Shown: piece by piece, positions 29,626-38,915 of the stretch
Layout: the number at the start of each line of letters is the position of its first letter
Position numbering within the stretch: the stretch's first letter is position 1
Sequence record: PZ754631.1
Direction: 5' to 3' (one strand)
Length of the DNA: 51,438 nt
DNA from: a phage
Made by a program: the position numbers and the translations under genes
Notes under the pieces: model-generated
Told to the model about the DNA's origin: nothing
The model's input: only the letters and a program-made list of their open reading frames with translations
The model's database searches: none

Positions 29626-31671
29626 ATGATTCCAAACATTGAAAAGCAAATATCAGCACTTGGTGAAGCGGTAATTAAATCCATTCAGGAGCGATTCACT
29701 GTTGGCGAGATTGTGCCTTACCCTTACCAGTGCGTTGCATACGCTGAGATCGCAAAGCGTATGAAAAATTATGAGCATCCATTCTTTGTTAAAGCGTCCG
29801 TATCGGCTGGCAAAACATTGATGTTTGCAATGGTTGCTCACCAGTGCCGGAAAATGGGATTGAAAATGATGGTCCTTGCTCGCCAGGCTGAGATTGTGGA
29901 TCAGGATTCTGAAGAGATAACAAATCTTGGTGTGCCGAACTCCATCTATTGTGCAGGACTGAAGACAAAAAGCGCATACTTTCCGATCGTTGTTGGTTCT
30001 GAGGGAACTGTAGTTAATGGACTGTTTAAAGCGCTTGGCGACTATGTTCCGCACGTTATCGGGATTGATGAATGTCACCAGGTGGATTGGGAAGACCTTG
30101 CCGACGCAATAGAGAAAGACGAATCATTTTTACAAATGACAACGAAGAAAGGCGAAAAAGTACCAAATCCAGATTATGACATAACAAAGGGAAGCAGGAA
30201 CAGAAATACAGAGTTCCTGATTGGTGAGGATGGCTTGCCAATGGAGGGAACAGGCCGCACACAATACACTGTCATCATCATGGAAATGATGCGACGTTGC
30301 AGGAAAGCATATGGCCATGAACTGCGCATATTTGGCATGACTGGATCGGAGTTTCGCGGCGTAGTCCCAATCCTGGTAGAAGACAAAAAACAGAAAGGAT
30401 TCTGGCGAGAACAGGTTACTAATATTGACACCAACTACCTTATCAAGTTTGGCTCGGTTGTTCCTACAAATTTTGGAGACGTTGGCGATCTAGGGTATGA
30501 CCTTTCAGAGTTTGAGGCATCCAGTGAGGATGGCGTTGCAGACTTTGACGCTAAAACGCTTCGCAGGATGGAACAAAAAATTCATGAAGAAGCGACCATG
30601 ACAAAGCGCATCATGGCGAAAGTTCACGAGATCTGTAAAAACCGCAACGGCGTACTTGTGACATGTGCAGGAGAAAGGCATTGCAAAGAGGCAGCGGCAG
30701 CGTTGCCACCTGGAACTACTTACAGGATAATTACTGGCAAGACTGGCGACAATCAGCGCAAGGAGTGGCTGAGGGAAGCATACGAGGGGAAGGTTAAATA
30801 CATCTTCCAGGTGCAGGCGCTAACAACTGGCGTTAACGTGCCGTTTTGGGATACGTCTGTTATTCTGCGTAAGATTGGATCGCTAACTTTGCTGATTCAG
30901 CTTTTAGGACGCGGAATGCGACTTCTTAAGAAATGGCATAAGGAACAAGGCTTCAAGAAAGATGATCACCTGGTTATGGATTTTTCAGGAACGATGGACG
31001 AGTTAGGTGAGCTTTATTTTGATCCGATACTGGAACAGGCGCAACATCAGAAGCGATTCAGGAACGGTAAAGATCCGAAGCCTTGCCCTATTTGCGGAAC
31101 TCTTAACAGCTATTACGCTCGTCGTTGTATGCACGTAGACGAAAACGGAAACAGATGCGAGTGGTTCTTTAAATTCAGGACGTGTGATGATCAGATTGAC
31201 CCGCGCACTAAAAAGATTATTCAGCGCGGCTGTGGAACTAAAAATGATATTGCGGCCAGGGTATGCAGACATTGCGACATGTCATTGATTGACCCTAACG
31301 AGAAGTTAAGCGGAAAGCACTACACAAAAAACGACTGGTTCCAGGTGCAATCTTTCTCGGTTGACATGACGAAAAACCAGAAAGGGATAATATTTAATTA
31401 TGAGCTTTCCGATGGCATAGACACTTTCAGGGCGAGAGAGATATTTTTCCCTGAGTCTGAGAGCCAAATTTGCCGCGCAAAATGGCGAAGCGTTGCTCTT
31501 AAGCACATACCGGATCTCCGTGTTGCTGGCATGGTGGCGAGCTATCGTAACGCACGAAAAATAATGCAATATGTTAATCACATCATGCCACCATCGCGCG
31601 TGACTCACCGCAAGACTAGCAAGGGTGAAGATAATTTGTACAAGAAGGACTTTAATTATGGCAATGACTGA
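29626..31671 (+). CDS. superfamily 2 DEAH-box helicase with C-terminal Cys-rich zinc-finger region
   Basis: Walker A-like VSAGKT, DEAH-like GIDECHQ, multiple CxxC pairs C-terminally; start at ATG after promoter module (alternative leaderless ATG ~29602). Confidence 0.7.
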   Translation: MIPNIEKQISALGEAVIKSIQERFTVGEIVPYPYQCVAYAEIAKRMKNYEHPFFVKASVSAGKTLMFAMVAHQCRKMGLKMMVLARQAEIVDQDSEEITNLGVPNSIYCAGLKTKSAYFPIVVGSEGTVVNGLFKALGDYVPHVIGIDECHQVDWEDLADAIEKDESFLQMTTKKGEKVPNPDYDITKGSRNRNTEFLIGEDGLPMEGTGRTQYTVIIMEMMRRCRKAYGHELRIFGMTGSEFRGVVPILVEDKKQKGFWREQVTNIDTNYLIKFGSVVPTNFGDVGDLGYDLSEFEASSEDGVADFDAKTLRRMEQKIHEEATMTKRIMAKVHEICKNRNGVLVTCAGERHCKEAAAALPPGTTYRIITGKTGDNQRKEWLREAYEGKVKYIFQVQALTTGVNVPFWDTSVILRKIGSLTLLIQLLGRGMRLLKKWHKEQGFKKDDHLVMDFSGTMDELGELYFDPILEQAQHQKRFRNGKDPKPCPICGTLNSYYARRCMHVDENGNRCEWFFKFRTCDDQIDPRTKKIIQRGCGTKNDIAARVCRHCDMSLIDPNEKLSGKHYTKNDWFQVQSFSVDMTKNQKGIIFNYELSDGIDTFRAREIFFPESESQICRAKWRSVALKHIPDLRVAGMVASYRNARKIMQYVNHIMPPSRVTHRKTSKGEDNLYKKDFNYGND

Positions 31672-32077
31672 TAAAGGCGATTATCTGGAGTTTTACGAAA
31701 GAGATCCGACGGATACGCTAAAAGAGGAATCTCACCAGATCGGGGCGTTTCAATGGTTAACTTATGCTCATCCTGAATTTCTTGCCTGGCATACTAAAAA
31801 TGAGGGTGACAAGGGGATCGCCACGGCAATGATGGATCAGCAAGCCGGACTAGTTAAGGGCGTAAGTGATTTTATCATCCTGATTGGATTAAAAGGCCGT
31901 TACCCTTTCGCGGCTATTGAGATGAAACGCGTCAATAAGTCTGGCAAGGGTAAGGCTTCACCAGTCAGCAAGGAGCAAAAAGCCTTCTTGCGCCGTGTGC
32001 GTGAGCTTGGCGGATTCGCTGCCGTAACATACGGATATAAGCAATTCATGATCGCAGTAGAATACATGATGAAATAG
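31658..32077 (+). CDS. VRR-NUC domain nuclease
   Basis: PD-(D/E)XK-like GVSDFIIL...AAIEMK motif; stop TAG embedded in promoter module. Confidence 0.6.
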   Translation: MAMTDKGDYLEFYERDPTDTLKEESHQIGAFQWLTYAHPEFLAWHTKNEGDKGIATAMMDQQAGLVKGVSDFIILIGLKGRYPFAAIEMKRVNKSGKGKASPVSKEQKAFLRRVRELGGFAAVTYGYKQFMIAVEYMMK

Positions 32078-32117
32078 CACTTTTTGTTAAAACAGGCGCG
32101 AAGGATTGCGCCATAAT
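32072..32117 (+). promoter_or_regulatory. early promoter cassette (stop codon embedded)
   Basis: AAATAGCACTTTTTGTTAAAAC, 19 bp with GC hairpin, CATAAT. Confidence 0.5.
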
Positions 32118-32151
32118 AACACCAGTTCAACAAGCAACAGGTAATTAAGAA

Positions 32152-32853
32152 ATGAGTAAAGAAACTGAAGTGACATTTGAACAAATAGAACGAGAAACAT
32201 TCATTGGCAATGCTCTTGCTACTGGAGGCCATTACCAGGCCGTTAAACCAAATCAATATTATAAAGTCACTGGCAACCGCTATAACGGCAGCAATACGCC
32301 GGACGTTGTGCGAGATTTGTGGTCTACGCCGTCTGAGCTTGTCGCATGGATGGAAATCGAATACGGTGATTATGACATCGACGCGGCGGCAAGCAAAGAA
32401 AATGCTGTATGTGAAAAATTCTACAGCAAGGAAACAAATTGCTTAAAGCGTTGGTGGGGTAGTAATAAGCATATATGGCTGAATCCACCGTACAGCAATA
32501 TTACGCCATTTGTTAAGAAGGCGATTGAGCAAATGGAGCACAACAACCAGATCGACATTCTGTTACCTTGCGACACATCAACAGGATGGTTTTATGAGGC
32601 GCAACAGCACGCAGCGGAAATAATCTGGATCACTGGAGAAGTTTACCAGGAGGACGGAACAGAATATTCCCGTACCGGACGCCTGGCGTTCACTTCAGCG
32701 CTTACAGGCAAACCAGTGCAGGGTAACAATAAAGGAAGCGTTATTTTCATCATGCGCGAACTTAAAGAAGGCGAGCAGCAGAAAACGCGATACGTTAAGA
32801 TCAGCGACATTTGCCCTTCAGTGGCAGAGCGTCGCGCACGGAAACGGAGCTAA
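32152..32853 (+). CDS. dam: DNA N6-adenine methyltransferase (phage Dam-type)
   Basis: 233 aa with catalytic NPPY motif (LNPPYSN). Confidence 0.7.
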   Translation: MSKETEVTFEQIERETFIGNALATGGHYQAVKPNQYYKVTGNRYNGSNTPDVVRDLWSTPSELVAWMEIEYGDYDIDAAASKENAVCEKFYSKETNCLKRWWGSNKHIWLNPPYSNITPFVKKAIEQMEHNNQIDILLPCDTSTGWFYEAQQHAAEIIWITGEVYQEDGTEYSRTGRLAFTSALTGKPVQGNNKGSVIFIMRELKEGEQQKTRYVKISDICPSVAERRARKRS

Positions 32854-32857
32854 AACC

Positions 32858-33115
32858 ATGCAGAAAGAAAGAAGAGTTTTACTTAATGAAGATGGCGAAT
32901 TTCTTTTGTATCGCGCTATGGTATGCGATGCACTTGATAAAAACCCTAACGTGAAAAAGATGATTGATTGCGATCCGTGGGAATTTTCAAGCGCATTAGA
33001 TATGAGCTTTGAGGAGACAAAAAAACTCCCGCTTGAAAAATGGCACGAACAAATCAGAAATGACATGCAAGAATTTGTCGATTCCTGGAATTTTCAGAAC
33101 GGAATGATCCAATAA
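32858..33115 (+). CDS. hypothetical protein
   Basis: 85 aa ORF coupled to dam; followed by promoter module. Confidence 0.5.
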   Translation: MQKERRVLLNEDGEFLLYRAMVCDALDKNPNVKKMIDCDPWEFSSALDMSFEETKKLPLEKWHEQIRNDMQEFVDSWNFQNGMIQ

Positions 33116-33158
33116 TAGCACTTTTTGTTAAAACGCCCGGCCTTGTGTCGGGCATAAT
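33114..33158 (+). promoter_or_regulatory. early promoter cassette
   Basis: AATAGCACTTTTTGTTAAAAC, 19 bp hairpin spacer, CATAAT. Confidence 0.5.
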
Positions 33159-33190
33159 TATTTCATCAAAACGAACAAGAGGAAAATAAA

Positions 33191-33370
33191 ATGGTTGTTT
33201 ACGATCCACGCGCTTTTAAAATTGCTCAAGAAGTTTCACGCGAATCTGTTGCTGGCGGTTCTGTTAACGGCTATCAGTTTGATTGGTCGGCAGCAATGAC
33301 CCTGCTTAAGGTTGCATATGGTCACGCGCCAATTGAAACAGCGGAGGAATATTATAAGCATGAAGGTTGA
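33191..33370 (+). CDS. hypothetical small protein (59 aa)
   Basis: below track threshold; RBS AAGAGGAA, promoter module upstream, ATGA coupling to next ORF. Confidence 0.45.
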   Translation: MVVYDPRAFKIAQEVSRESVAGGSVNGYQFDWSAAMTLLKVAYGHAPIETAEEYYKHEG

Positions 33371-33602
33371 ACAAGGTAGGCAGGCCGTATGGGATCACGC
33401 AAAGGAGTGCGGGATCTCTGAAGACATAGCCAGGATAGCAAAATATTTTGATATTGCTGACATAAGCATTATCAGCGGCGACAAAATGACATTTCTCAAT
33501 GAACGACCGCGCAAGATGCATCGCGTACCAGCAATACCAACAAAGATTGATTTTAAAGAGGCTATGGCGAAAATTCGCGAGCCGCGCAAATACTACAAAT
33601 GA
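33360..33602 (+). CDS. hypothetical protein
   Basis: 80 aa from internal ATG overlapping upstream stop. Confidence 0.45.
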   Translation: MKVEQGRQAVWDHAKECGISEDIARIAKYFDIADISIISGDKMTFLNERPRKMHRVPAIPTKIDFKEAMAKIREPRKYYK

Positions 33603-33613
33603 GGATTATTATC

Positions 33614-33688
33614 ATGTGGCGTTTGTTACTTTTGCCCTTACCTGTTATGATGGCGATCTCTATTGTATACGTTGTCATAATGAGATAA
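33614..33688 (+). CDS. possible 24-aa hydrophobic micro-peptide
   Basis: MWRLLLLPLPVMMAISIVYVVIMR with RBS GAGGA; very small, speculative. Confidence 0.25.
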   Translation: MWRLLLLPLPVMMAISIVYVVIMR

Positions 33689-33700
33689 GGAGAATTTTTG

Positions 33701-34816
33701 ATGAAGCAAATCAAAATCACAGATGAACAATTTATCAATGAGCGCAAGCAGGGAAAGACATATAAGCAGATCGCTAATGAGTATGGCATGAACGTTCGCA
33801 GCATTGAGCGCCGCGCGGCACGATTAGCAAAGCAAGGTAAAGTTACAACCATCGGATCACCTGGTTTTGGTGTTACTGGAGAATCAAAGCTAATTGATAA
33901 AGATGGCAATGTGGTTATGACATGGATTAAGACAAGTAAGGACCGCGAACAGTTAGAAGCATTAATGCAGGCCGCTATGGATGCATTTAGCGAAGAAGTT
34001 CCTAGACTTGATCCACAGCCAGAATCACAAAAGGATTATAGCGAGACGTTATCACTGTATCCGATCTTTGACATGCACTTGGGCGCAATGGCGCATAAGC
34101 ATGAATGCGGCGAGAATTGGGATACAGCAACAGCAGAGCGCGTAATGAATAATTTCATTGATTATTCCATCCAGTGCGCGCCGGATAGTGAAAAAGCTGT
34201 TTTGCTGATTGGTGGTGATATGCTTCACAGCGACGGACTGGAAGCGGTGACACCTGCAAGCGGTCACGTATTGGATCAAGATAGTAGATATGCAAAACTT
34301 GTTTATGTTGCCATCCGGTCAGTGCGTCGAGCAATTACAAAGCTGTTATCAAAACACAAAAACGTCGAGATTCAGATCATTGAAGGCAACCACGACCAAA
34401 GCGGCATGATCTGGTTGCGCGCAGCAATGGCGGCAGCATATGAGAATGAGCCACGAGTGCATGTTGATGTGTCTCCGCGAGTAGTTCATCACACACAATA
34501 TGGCAAAACGTTCCTGGCATACCATCACGGGCATACTATCCGCAAACCTGAAACATTGCTAATGATGTGCGCGGCAGACTGGCGCGAAGACTTCGGCAAT
34601 TCAAAAATGATGTATGCTCACGTAGGGCACTGGCATCATCAAACAGTAACTGAAACAAGCCTGGGAATTGTTGAAGTGCATAGCACTATGGCGGCAAAAG
34701 ATGCATATGCGGCGCGCGGTGGATGGCGTTCTCGTCGCCGTGCGGCTGTTATTGTTTATGATAAAGAATACGGAGAAGTCGGGCGATTTATGCATTATCC
34801 AGAAATGGCTGGTTGA
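33701..34816 (+). CDS. HTH-domain metallophosphoesterase (calcineurin/Mre11-like fold)
   Basis: N-terminal HTH-like segment (TYKQIANEYGMNVRSIERRAARL); motifs D-x-H (FDMHLG), GD (GGDMLH), GNHD, HHGH, GHWHH in canonical order. Confidence 0.65.
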   Translation: MKQIKITDEQFINERKQGKTYKQIANEYGMNVRSIERRAARLAKQGKVTTIGSPGFGVTGESKLIDKDGNVVMTWIKTSKDREQLEALMQAAMDAFSEEVPRLDPQPESQKDYSETLSLYPIFDMHLGAMAHKHECGENWDTATAERVMNNFIDYSIQCAPDSEKAVLLIGGDMLHSDGLEAVTPASGHVLDQDSRYAKLVYVAIRSVRRAITKLLSKHKNVEIQIIEGNHDQSGMIWLRAAMAAAYENEPRVHVDVSPRVVHHTQYGKTFLAYHHGHTIRKPETLLMMCAADWREDFGNSKMMYAHVGHWHHQTVTETSLGIVEVHSTMAAKDAYAARGGWRSRRRAAVIVYDKEYGEVGRFMHYPEMAG

Positions 34817-34859
34817 ACTTTTAATCATTGAAATATAAATATAAATCATCAATTTAATT

Positions 34860-34891
34860 GGGCGTGGCATTTTGCTTCGCCCTTTTTTTAT
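34860..34891 (+). terminator. intrinsic terminator upstream of lysis cassette (approximate)
   Basis: GGGCG...CGCCC stem followed by long T-run. Confidence 0.5.
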
Positions 34892-34962
34892 TCCTTTTTG
34901 TGCGTTCAATGGTTAGGATACAATCAATTAATTGTTGACTTTTATATACAGGAGATCTAATC

Positions 34963-35178
34963 ATGAAAGATTTTTTAAACGCTGCAACTTCCGGCACTGG
35001 CGGCGCGTCAATCACTGGCGCTGTAACTGGTCAAACAACCATTGCAATAGCCAGCTTCGTTTTGATGGCTGCATTTGGTATGTGGGGCGCTTATCTTCGC
35101 TGGCGTGATAGTAAGGCGCTACGTGACGCGCTTGAATGCGGTGATATTAAGAAAGCTATTGAGATCAGAGGTAAATAA
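34963..35178 (+). CDS. holin (probable pinholin)
   Basis: 71 aa; hydrophobic TM segment(s) and charged C-terminus; directly upstream of SAR endolysin. Confidence 0.7.
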   Translation: MKDFLNAATSGTGGASITGAVTGQTTIAIASFVLMAAFGMWGAYLRWRDSKALRDALECGDIKKAIEIRGK

Positions 35179-35666
35179 TGAGTATAAAACAAAGAGTGAC
35201 CGCTGCGGCTTTTGGCGTTGCTCTTGCCCTTACTTCTCCGCTACTGGAGGAAATAGAAGGAGTAAAACATAAGCCTTACAAAGATATTGCTGGGATATGG
35301 ACGGTTTGCGCCGGAATAACTGGACCTGACGTAATACCAGGCAAAACGTACACACAAAGAGAGTGCGATGCGCTACTGGCAAAGCATATCAAGATCGCAA
35401 AGGATGAAGTTGATAAACGTGTGAAGGTTGACATTCCTGATACAATGCGCGCGGCGATGTATTCATTCACATACAATGCTGGCACTGGTGCTTTTAGAAA
35501 TTCAACTATGCTTAAGCTGATTAATAACGGTCGTTATATGGAAGCGTGCAATCAGTTATGGCGATGGACAAAATACACCAATCCAAAAACAGGAAAGAAA
35601 GAAACGTCTAAAGGACTGCGTAACCGCCGCGCGGTGGAATTTAAATATTGCATTAAGGATCTGTAA
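35178..35666 (+). CDS. SAR endolysin (lysozyme, E-x8-D-x5-T catalytic triad)
   Basis: weakly hydrophobic Gly/Ala-rich N-terminal SAR-like segment; [16 protein letters not shown] triad spacing. Confidence 0.8.
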   Translation: MSIKQRVTAAAFGVALALTSPLLEEIEGVKHKPYKDIAGIWTVCAGITGPDVIPGKTYTQRECDALLAKHIKIAKDEVDKRVKVDIPDTMRAAMYSFTYNAGTGAFRNSTMLKLINNGRYMEACNQLWRWTKYTNPKTGKKETSKGLRNRRAVEFKYCIKDL

Positions 35667-35668
35667 TC

Positions 35669-36055
35669 ATGAGAAAGTTATCAGCAATCGCGATCGCTGT
35701 TATTTTGTCTGGATGTTCAAGCGTTACGCCACTGACCGGATTGATAGGAAGCAAGCCTGAGATAACAGCACAGGCAGGAGCAGAGAACGTAAAGCAGACC
35801 GTTGGCGTTACCGCAAAGCAGGACACCAGTACAAAACAGGAAACTACAATAAAGGAATCTGCGGTTGATAAGGTGGACACGTCCAGCAAGAAGGATTTCA
35901 CTACATCAACCATTCAGGCTAACACCATCAAGGCTGATAAAATCCAGGTCGTGCAAGGTAATAACGGCAGATGGTACGACCCCATAATCATATGCGTGGT
36001 TGTGCTCATTGTGCTGATTTGGCTTTACTGGAGGGAAAAGAAAAAGGAGGCTTAA
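35669..36055 (+). CDS. unimolecular spanin (T1 gp11-like)
   Basis: N-terminal lipobox LSGC plus C-terminal TM helix (IIICVVVLIVLIWLYW); last gene of lysis cassette. Confidence 0.75.
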   Translation: MRKLSAIAIAVILSGCSSVTPLTGLIGSKPEITAQAGAENVKQTVGVTAKQDTSTKQETTIKESAVDKVDTSSKKDFTTSTIQANTIKADKIQVVQGNNGRWYDPIIICVVVLIVLIWLYWREKKKEA

Positions 36056-36068
36056 CGCCTCCTTTGTT
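36041..36068. terminator. bidirectional terminator after spanin gene
   Basis: GGAGGC-TTAAC-GCCTCC flanked by A-run and T-rich tail. Confidence 0.6.
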
Positions 36069-36261
36069 ATTCAATACGCTTTACAGTAACCAACAAAACG
36101 CCGTCCTCATCACACAAATTATGCTCTGATATATCAAACGCTCGCATGTCAGAATGAATGAGCGTTAACATTGCGTGCATGAAATCGTCATGTGAGATTG
36201 AACTTACGGCGCAGAACTTCAATATTTTGTCTATTAGCATTTGACGTAAACAATTCTTCAT
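36067..36261 (-). CDS. hypothetical small protein
   Basis: 64 aa ORF overlapping upstream gene end by 74 nt; start uncertain. Confidence 0.3.
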   Translation of the reverse strand: MKNCLRQMLIDKILKFCAVSSISHDDFMHAMLTLIHSDMRAFDISEHNLCDEDGVLLVTVKRIE

Positions 36262-36580
36262 CGCTCATTTCTCCGATCCGTAAAACATCCCTTACCCATT
36301 CGTTTTGCATACCTTCAAGGCTGTAAAGTTCAAACGAGAAAGGGCGATTTGCCGATCCTTTCTTACACCAGAACTTTCCACCAACTCCATCAAGATAACC
36401 AGCGGTCATCATTCTTGCGCAAAACTCTTTTGAAACAGCAGTCGCAAACATTCTCGGCGTAAATCCTGCGGCCCTTGCGAGCCGCTCACATTCTCTATGC
36501 TGAAATATAAATTTTGCGATATGTTGACGTGTAAACCATTCGAATGACTCACACCAGCGATACAGATCCAGAAGAAACAT
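36188..36580 (-). CDS. hypothetical protein
   Basis: 130 aa; start overlaps stop region of ATPase gene (coupled). Confidence 0.5.
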   Translation of the reverse strand: MFLLDLYRWCESFEWFTRQHIAKFIFQHRECERLARAAGFTPRMFATAVSKEFCARMMTAGYLDGVGGKFWCKKGSANRPFSFELYSLEGMQNEWVRDVLRIGEMSDEELFTSNANRQNIEVLRRKFNLT

Positions 36581-36582
36581 AA

Positions 36583-38166
36583 TTACCCCAGCAATGTTGG
36601 ATTTACGAAAACAACGCCATTAATCACGCAAATATAGTTTCTTTCCTCAAGCATCGGAAGCAGTTGCGTTTCCATGCGCTTCATTACGCCAGCCTGACCA
36701 ACAAACGGCTTAACTTTTCGTGCAGCCTCATATATGGCGCGAACATTCAAGATTCCCTTATTAGCCTTTCCGTGTCGAGTGATAATCTCGATTAGTTTAC
36801 CCATTTCAGCATCATCACCAGCGTAGCCAGAAGCGTTGGCGGCGCTAATGTATGTTTTGCTCAACTCGCTAAACATCAGCAGTGCTTCCTGAACGGTTTC
36901 AACCTCAATCTCTTTCGACTTTTGAGGGTATCCACCAGGATTAAACCAATTGCGGATAGTGTGCAAAACTGAAGCAATCCTGATCACCTGCTTATCCATT
37001 TTGCCAAGCGCACCGCGCAGCATTGTATGCGAATACTTTCCTCCATCAGCAAGGTGCGGCTCCATCTCCTGACGAGCCATGTTAAGAACTCGCATTGCTG
37101 ATTTGCTGATCTTAAGCTGGATGTTTGATTCACTCATGATGTTATGGATCAGCTTAAAATATTGACTTTTCAGTTCTCCATCAACAGGCTCATAAGTCGA
37201 ATCACCGTTATCATCAACAAACTTTCTACGGCCTAAAAATGATTCCTCACGCACAAGCAAATAACGCTCACTTACACCGATACCGCGCGATCCTGCATCC
37301 ATGATGGCATTGATTGTTTCATCCTGGGCAATTACCGCCATACAGCCAAGAGCTTTAAAACTCATATTGTTGTCAGCGTTTGCACGAGCTATAGAAACAT
37401 GACCATGATCCCATGCTTTCAGCACAAGTTCGCTGTTGGTTTTACGTTCGCTATTGGCATATGTCAGACCTAAAAGGCTGTTAATACTCGTTGCCTCGTC
37501 TGAAATCACAGCAAAGTTACCCTGGCGATTGTTGATTCTTGCAAGTCCTTCCGGCGTGGTGTCGGACACAGGGAAAACGATGTCACACATCTTTTCCAGC
37601 TTTTCTTCCAGATCTTCTTTCTCCTGGTACAGAGATTCCATATCAGCGCCGGAACGCTCGCTTTTCATCTCTTTTGCAAGACCTGCCAACTTTGCCTGAA
37701 TCTTTTTTCTTTCCTTCTTTCGCTGATCGTTAATTCTTTCCACTTCCGCAACCATTGGAGCAAGTGCCAGGCTGTTAACGGCAGATTTACCAGTTGAAGG
37801 AGGCTGGCTTGTGACAACATAAAGAGCGGTCGGCTGATCCGTTCCGTGATACTCAACCGTGAAGCGTCCAAGCATTGCAGCAGACACGCAGCCGATAAAA
37901 TGCATATATGCCGATGATTCAGGGAACTGAACTGATCGAGCAATGTTGCGCGCCAACTTTCCAACAACATCAACATCATTGCCAAGAGAAATTACAGGGT
38001 AGCGATCGTTTCCGTTATTAACATCATTAACCTCACCCCAAAAGCTGGACGATTGACGGTATCCGTTTGCCTGAATGGACACGCGCACCGGAGACAATCC
38101 TTGTGCATCAGCTAATTCGATAATTTGTTTTGGTGTTAGTTTATTGGTTTCAAACGAAAAATTCAT
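36583..38166 (-). CDS. P-loop NTPase (primase-associated/D5-like ATPase candidate)
   Basis: 527 aa from MNFSFETNK (RBS AAGGAG); Walker A-like PPSTGKS and Walker B-like FAVISDE; Lys/Glu coiled-coil insert; own promoter module. Confidence 0.6.
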   Translation of the reverse strand: MNFSFETNKLTPKQIIELADAQGLSPVRVSIQANGYRQSSSFWGEVNDVNNGNDRYPVISLGNDVDVVGKLARNIARSVQFPESSAYMHFIGCVSAAMLGRFTVEYHGTDQPTALYVVTSQPPSTGKSAVNSLALAPMVAEVERINDQRKKERKKIQAKLAGLAKEMKSERSGADMESLYQEKEDLEEKLEKMCDIVFPVSDTTPEGLARINNRQGNFAVISDEATSINSLLGLTYANSERKTNSELVLKAWDHGHVSIARANADNNMSFKALGCMAVIAQDETINAIMDAGSRGIGVSERYLLVREESFLGRRKFVDDNGDSTYEPVDGELKSQYFKLIHNIMSESNIQLKISKSAMRVLNMARQEMEPHLADGGKYSHTMLRGALGKMDKQVIRIASVLHTIRNWFNPGGYPQKSKEIEVETVQEALLMFSELSKTYISAANASGYAGDDAEMGKLIEIITRHGKANKGILNVRAIYEAARKVKPFVGQAGVMKRMETQLLPMLEERNYICVINGVVFVNPTLLG

Positions 38167-38193
38167 TGGTGATAACTCCTTTTTGATGCGGCA

Positions 38194-38239
38194 ATAATAC
38201 CGCACCAATGCTACCCGCATTTAACAAAAAATGCTATTT
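38194..38239 (-). promoter_or_regulatory. early promoter cassette (minus) driving P-loop ATPase gene
   Basis: minus strand AAATAGCATTTTTTGTTAAAT, ~19 bp, TATTAT. Confidence 0.45.
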
Positions 38240-38455
38240 GATCCGCTCTATGCTAACTAAGATTTTTTCTGGTTCCCTTGCGCTATTGCAATGCGCGGTT
38301 ACAGAATCAGCAAAATCAAAGTAAAGTGATTTGTGATATGATAATCCAATCAGCCACCCAACCATTGTTTTCTTTATTGGCCTGACTATATCGCCAGGCT
38401 TGAAGGTTTTTGTTGCTGAATGAGTCACCTTATAGCGATATTCAGCCTTGATCAC
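38234..38455 (-). CDS. hypothetical protein
   Basis: 73 aa; stop TAG embedded in promoter motif. Confidence 0.5.
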   Translation of the reverse strand: MIKAEYRYKVTHSATKTFKPGDIVRPIKKTMVGWLIGLSYHKSLYFDFADSVTAHCNSAREPEKILVSIERIK

Positions 38456-38838
38456 TTATACATAGCCTCAAACAAATGACATCCACCAGCGGAAAATCCA
38501 ACTTCTTCGCGGTATAGCGTCCAGCGGTCGCCAGCCTCATCAAACACATAACCAGCAACAGCGCCAAGCGCGCGGCCTTGCTCAATCTGGTAGCGCTTTC
38601 CTTCTTTGAAATGCTTTTTGCACGGAATCTTGTGATCTACAAAGGTGCATTTAATTGTTTTTGTTTTGATATGACGATAGTCAGACTCAACAGCGTTTTG
38701 CCACTTGCTACCCTTTGTAATGTTCTTTACCTGGAATTGCTCCAACTCGATCACATCATTGCTACCAGCAATTTTTTCGTATACAGCTTTATAACGACCG
38801 TTCATCAAAACGTTGGTTTTATTGCAGATAACTTTCAT
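38452..38838 (-). CDS. hypothetical protein
   Basis: 128 aa; RBS AAGGAG; preceded by promoter module. Confidence 0.55.
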   Translation of the reverse strand: MKVICNKTNVLMNGRYKAVYEKIAGSNDVIELEQFQVKNITKGSKWQNAVESDYRHIKTKTIKCTFVDHKIPCKKHFKEGKRYQIEQGRALGAVAGYVFDEAGDRWTLYREEVGFSAGGCHLFEAMYK

Positions 38839-38869
38839 CGTTTATTTCTCCTTTCGTTTCGGTGAGTTG

Positions 38870-38915
38870 ATTATGCCAGGCTTTTACACCTGGCTTTTAA
38901 CAAAAAGTGCTATTT
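38870..38915 (-). promoter_or_regulatory. early promoter cassette (minus)
   Basis: minus strand AAATAGCACTTTTTGTTAAAA, 19 bp hairpin (GCCAGG..CCTGGC), CATAAT. Confidence 0.5.

Noticed and set aside
35178-35666. Endolysin N-terminal hydrophobic segment as a cleavable signal peptide
   Set aside because: The segment is Gly/Ala-rich and weakly hydrophobic with no obvious signal peptidase site, which fits a SAR (signal-anchor-release) domain paired with a small holin better than a secreted enzyme.
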